DNA from: Zootoca vivipara | Lineage: Eukaryota | NCBI RefSeq assembly: GCF_963506605.1 | Contig: NC_083282.1 | Span: forward strand, 45,198,001 to 45,262,000 | Direction: 5' to 3' | DNA: 64,000 bases | Shown here: positions 62,501 to 64,000 of the stretch, in pieces | How the letters are laid out: every line of letters starts with the position of its first letter | How positions within the stretch are numbered: the stretch's first letter is position 1 | The notes under the pieces: generated by a model | Database searches by the model: none | Seen by the model: only the letters and a program-made list of their open reading frames with translations | Told to the model about the DNA's origin: nothing | Translations under genes and position numbers: made by a program

Positions 62501-62552
62501 GGTCGTCATTCCCAAAAGTGTTACTCCTGCTCGCATCCTCCAGAATCTCCAG
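53597..62552 (+). CDS. AKR1A1: Aldo-keto reductase 1A1 (aldehyde reductase), 3' exons beyond the window
   Basis: Exons 53597-53686, 57220-57339, 57725-57876, 59488-59683, 61430-61629, 62480-62552, in frame. Motifs GLGTWKS, catalytic D (HIDCA), Y (AYSNE), K (TSKLWNT), H (LMHWP), [32 protein letters not shown]. Confidence 0.96.
53715..53922. mobile_element. GC-rich hAT-type MITE
   Basis: TIR CAGGGCCG / CGGCCCTG; TSD TTGAAGGA/TTGAGGGA (7 of 8 match). Confidence 0.8.
55410..55555 (+). mobile_element. L2-like LINE 3' end
   Basis: Homologous to 6960-7100, with a (TAA)n tail. Confidence 0.55.
56682..56979 (-). mobile_element. Rex1/Babar-like LINE 3' end inserted in a SINE
   Basis: Minus translation [39 protein letters not shown], (CTT)n tail and TAAAG duplication; the flanks join into a MIR/Squam-like SINE. 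Confidence 0.7.
58403..59291 (-). mobile_element. Penelope-like element: GIY-YIG endonuclease C-terminus, 3'UTR and degenerate hammerhead
   Basis: [39 protein letters not shown]...[11 protein letters not shown], continuing past the SINE as [19 protein letters not shown] (stop 58623-58625); hammerhead-like motif at 58405-58442. Confidence 0.9.
58694..58997 (-). mobile_element. 5'-truncated Sauria SINE nested in the Penelope ORF
   Basis: 10-bp TSD AGTTTGGTAA (58684-58693, 58998-59007). Confidence 0.92.
60127..60418 (+). mobile_element. Retrotransposed insert, probably a truncated L1-type 3'UTR
   Basis: 17-bp TSD TAAATTGGGCCCCCAAC (60110-60126, 60419-60435), (TAA)n tail and TTT/AAA target site. 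Confidence 0.65.
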
Positions 62553-64000
62553 GTGAGTGAGGCCTCCTGCCAGGCCTTTCAGAAACAGCACTGCCTTGGC
62601 TTGCACTACTAAGCCTTCTACTCTCCCTTTCTGACATTGTTTAAGTAAGGTGTGGTCCTACCATGTAGTAGTTTTATATAGCCAATGCATGCATATTTAC
62701 CATTTCCAGTTCATTCTGTGCAGCAACCACACCGTGCAGTAGTTGATCAACTCTTTTTCTACCATATGTATCAGCAGTGGCTTATCTGGGTATCTGATTT
62801 TTAGAGATGAGAGCATACTAGTTTAGCACATCCAGTCTTTGTAATCTACATGTTCAGTCTGCTGCAGCTGACCCTCAATTGTGTGCATTCATTGCCATCT
62901 GTTTCCAGTGCCTTAAATGGATTTTCCTTTCCAGCTTTGATTTGGGTGGCTGTATTCTCTTAAAGCTTCACTTCAAACAATTTTAATTGTGCATGTTCCT
63001 TTTGGATTTAAATGAGTTCACCATAATCTTTGATCTTTTTCTCCAGGCCTTTTCTCTATAGTCCAGGCAAAAATAAATCTGTGCCCTCCCCATTTTGAGA
63101 GTATTGCTGAAAAATTACTCCGTAATTTTATCACTAAGCCAGAACATGGCTTTTCAAGTGCTATTAAAATGAAGTTCCGAAGCATGTTGGCAATATTACA
63201 GTGTTTTTGGGAAGATCCTCCCAAATGCTTTGGATTGTGTGTGTTGGAGTGGAGGGACTAGGAAGTTCCACTCTCTAGGATGACAGCAGGCAGGATTAAG
63301 GTTACCTTCATTTCAAGGAAGCCGATTTATTTCCTGCCTCCGAAAAGACAGCAGGTTTTGCTTTTGCTTGAGATTAAAAAAATAAAACACAAAAATTGCA
63401 TGACAACTACCAAACAGTGACAGCAACTCCATCTCCTGCATAGCAAAGTCAGGCAGGAGAGGTGAAAAGATGAGCTGGACAGGTACTCTCTCAGAAGCAG
63501 ATCATTTAACTTTCATTCCAGCTTCACTACTGAATGAGAGGGCTTTGTGTTGGGCAACACTGGCTTTGCTGAAGAAGCCTATGAGAGTTCTTCCTGCTGC
63601 ACCCCCCTTCACCCCCCCCCTGTCACCATGGCCAGGCCTTCAGCTGGTGCTTAACTAGATTTGAGAAGGCTACGAATGAGAACTCCCTGAAGGAAGTTAG
63701 AACTTTTTTCATTGGTCATTTTTGTGTCTGAAGATTTGTGGAGGGTGGCCAAACCTCATATCACTAAATAAGTCTTCCCTAGGGAATTTGATTCTTGTGT
63801 CTAGCAACAAATTCAGGCTTCTGTTATTGAGGAAGAAACTGCCCTCTATCTTGAGGAAAGCAATAATAGCCAGTCCTGCCTTTTATTATATGCTCAAGGG
63901 TTGTAGAGCAGGCTATTTGAAATTATTTAGCTTGTGAGCAGAGAGGGTTTCCCTAGTGTCTGTTTTCCATTGCAAGCTGATGTGCACAAATGGTTCTCTC

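Noticed and set aside
62553-64000. Last AKR1A1 coding exons
   Set aside because: No VFDF-type exon was found here; the gene is presumed to continue past the window end.
1-64000. CRISPR array or prokaryotic system
   Set aside because: The sequence is intron-containing vertebrate DNA with no regularly spaced repeat-spacer array.

Overview
Vertebrate genomic DNA, almost certainly squamate and probably a lacertid lizard, judged from Sauria SINEs, a tRNA-Lys/CR1-tail SINE, BovB, CR1, L2, Rex1 and Penelope-like elements. Five protein-coding genes can be rebuilt exon by exon: MUTYH (+, 5'-truncated by the window edge), HPDL (-), SELENOP2/selenoprotein Pb (+), PRDX1 (-, complete, 199 aa) and AKR1A1 (+, last exons beyond the window). 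The ORF track breaks SELENOP2 at an in-frame TGA within a UxxC motif, and a canonical SECIS element lies in its 3'UTR (29354-29424). Other notable signals are: a Penelope-derived minimal hammerhead ribozyme with an intact core (16322-16359); a perfect 110-bp palindrome built from the same element (45120-45229); two identical 16-bp NRF2-type AREs in inverted orientation at the PRDX1 promoter; and a gene order in which MUTYH-HPDL is inverted relative to human, with SELENOP2 next to the PRDX1 3' end. All coordinates were read by hand and no database searches were run.
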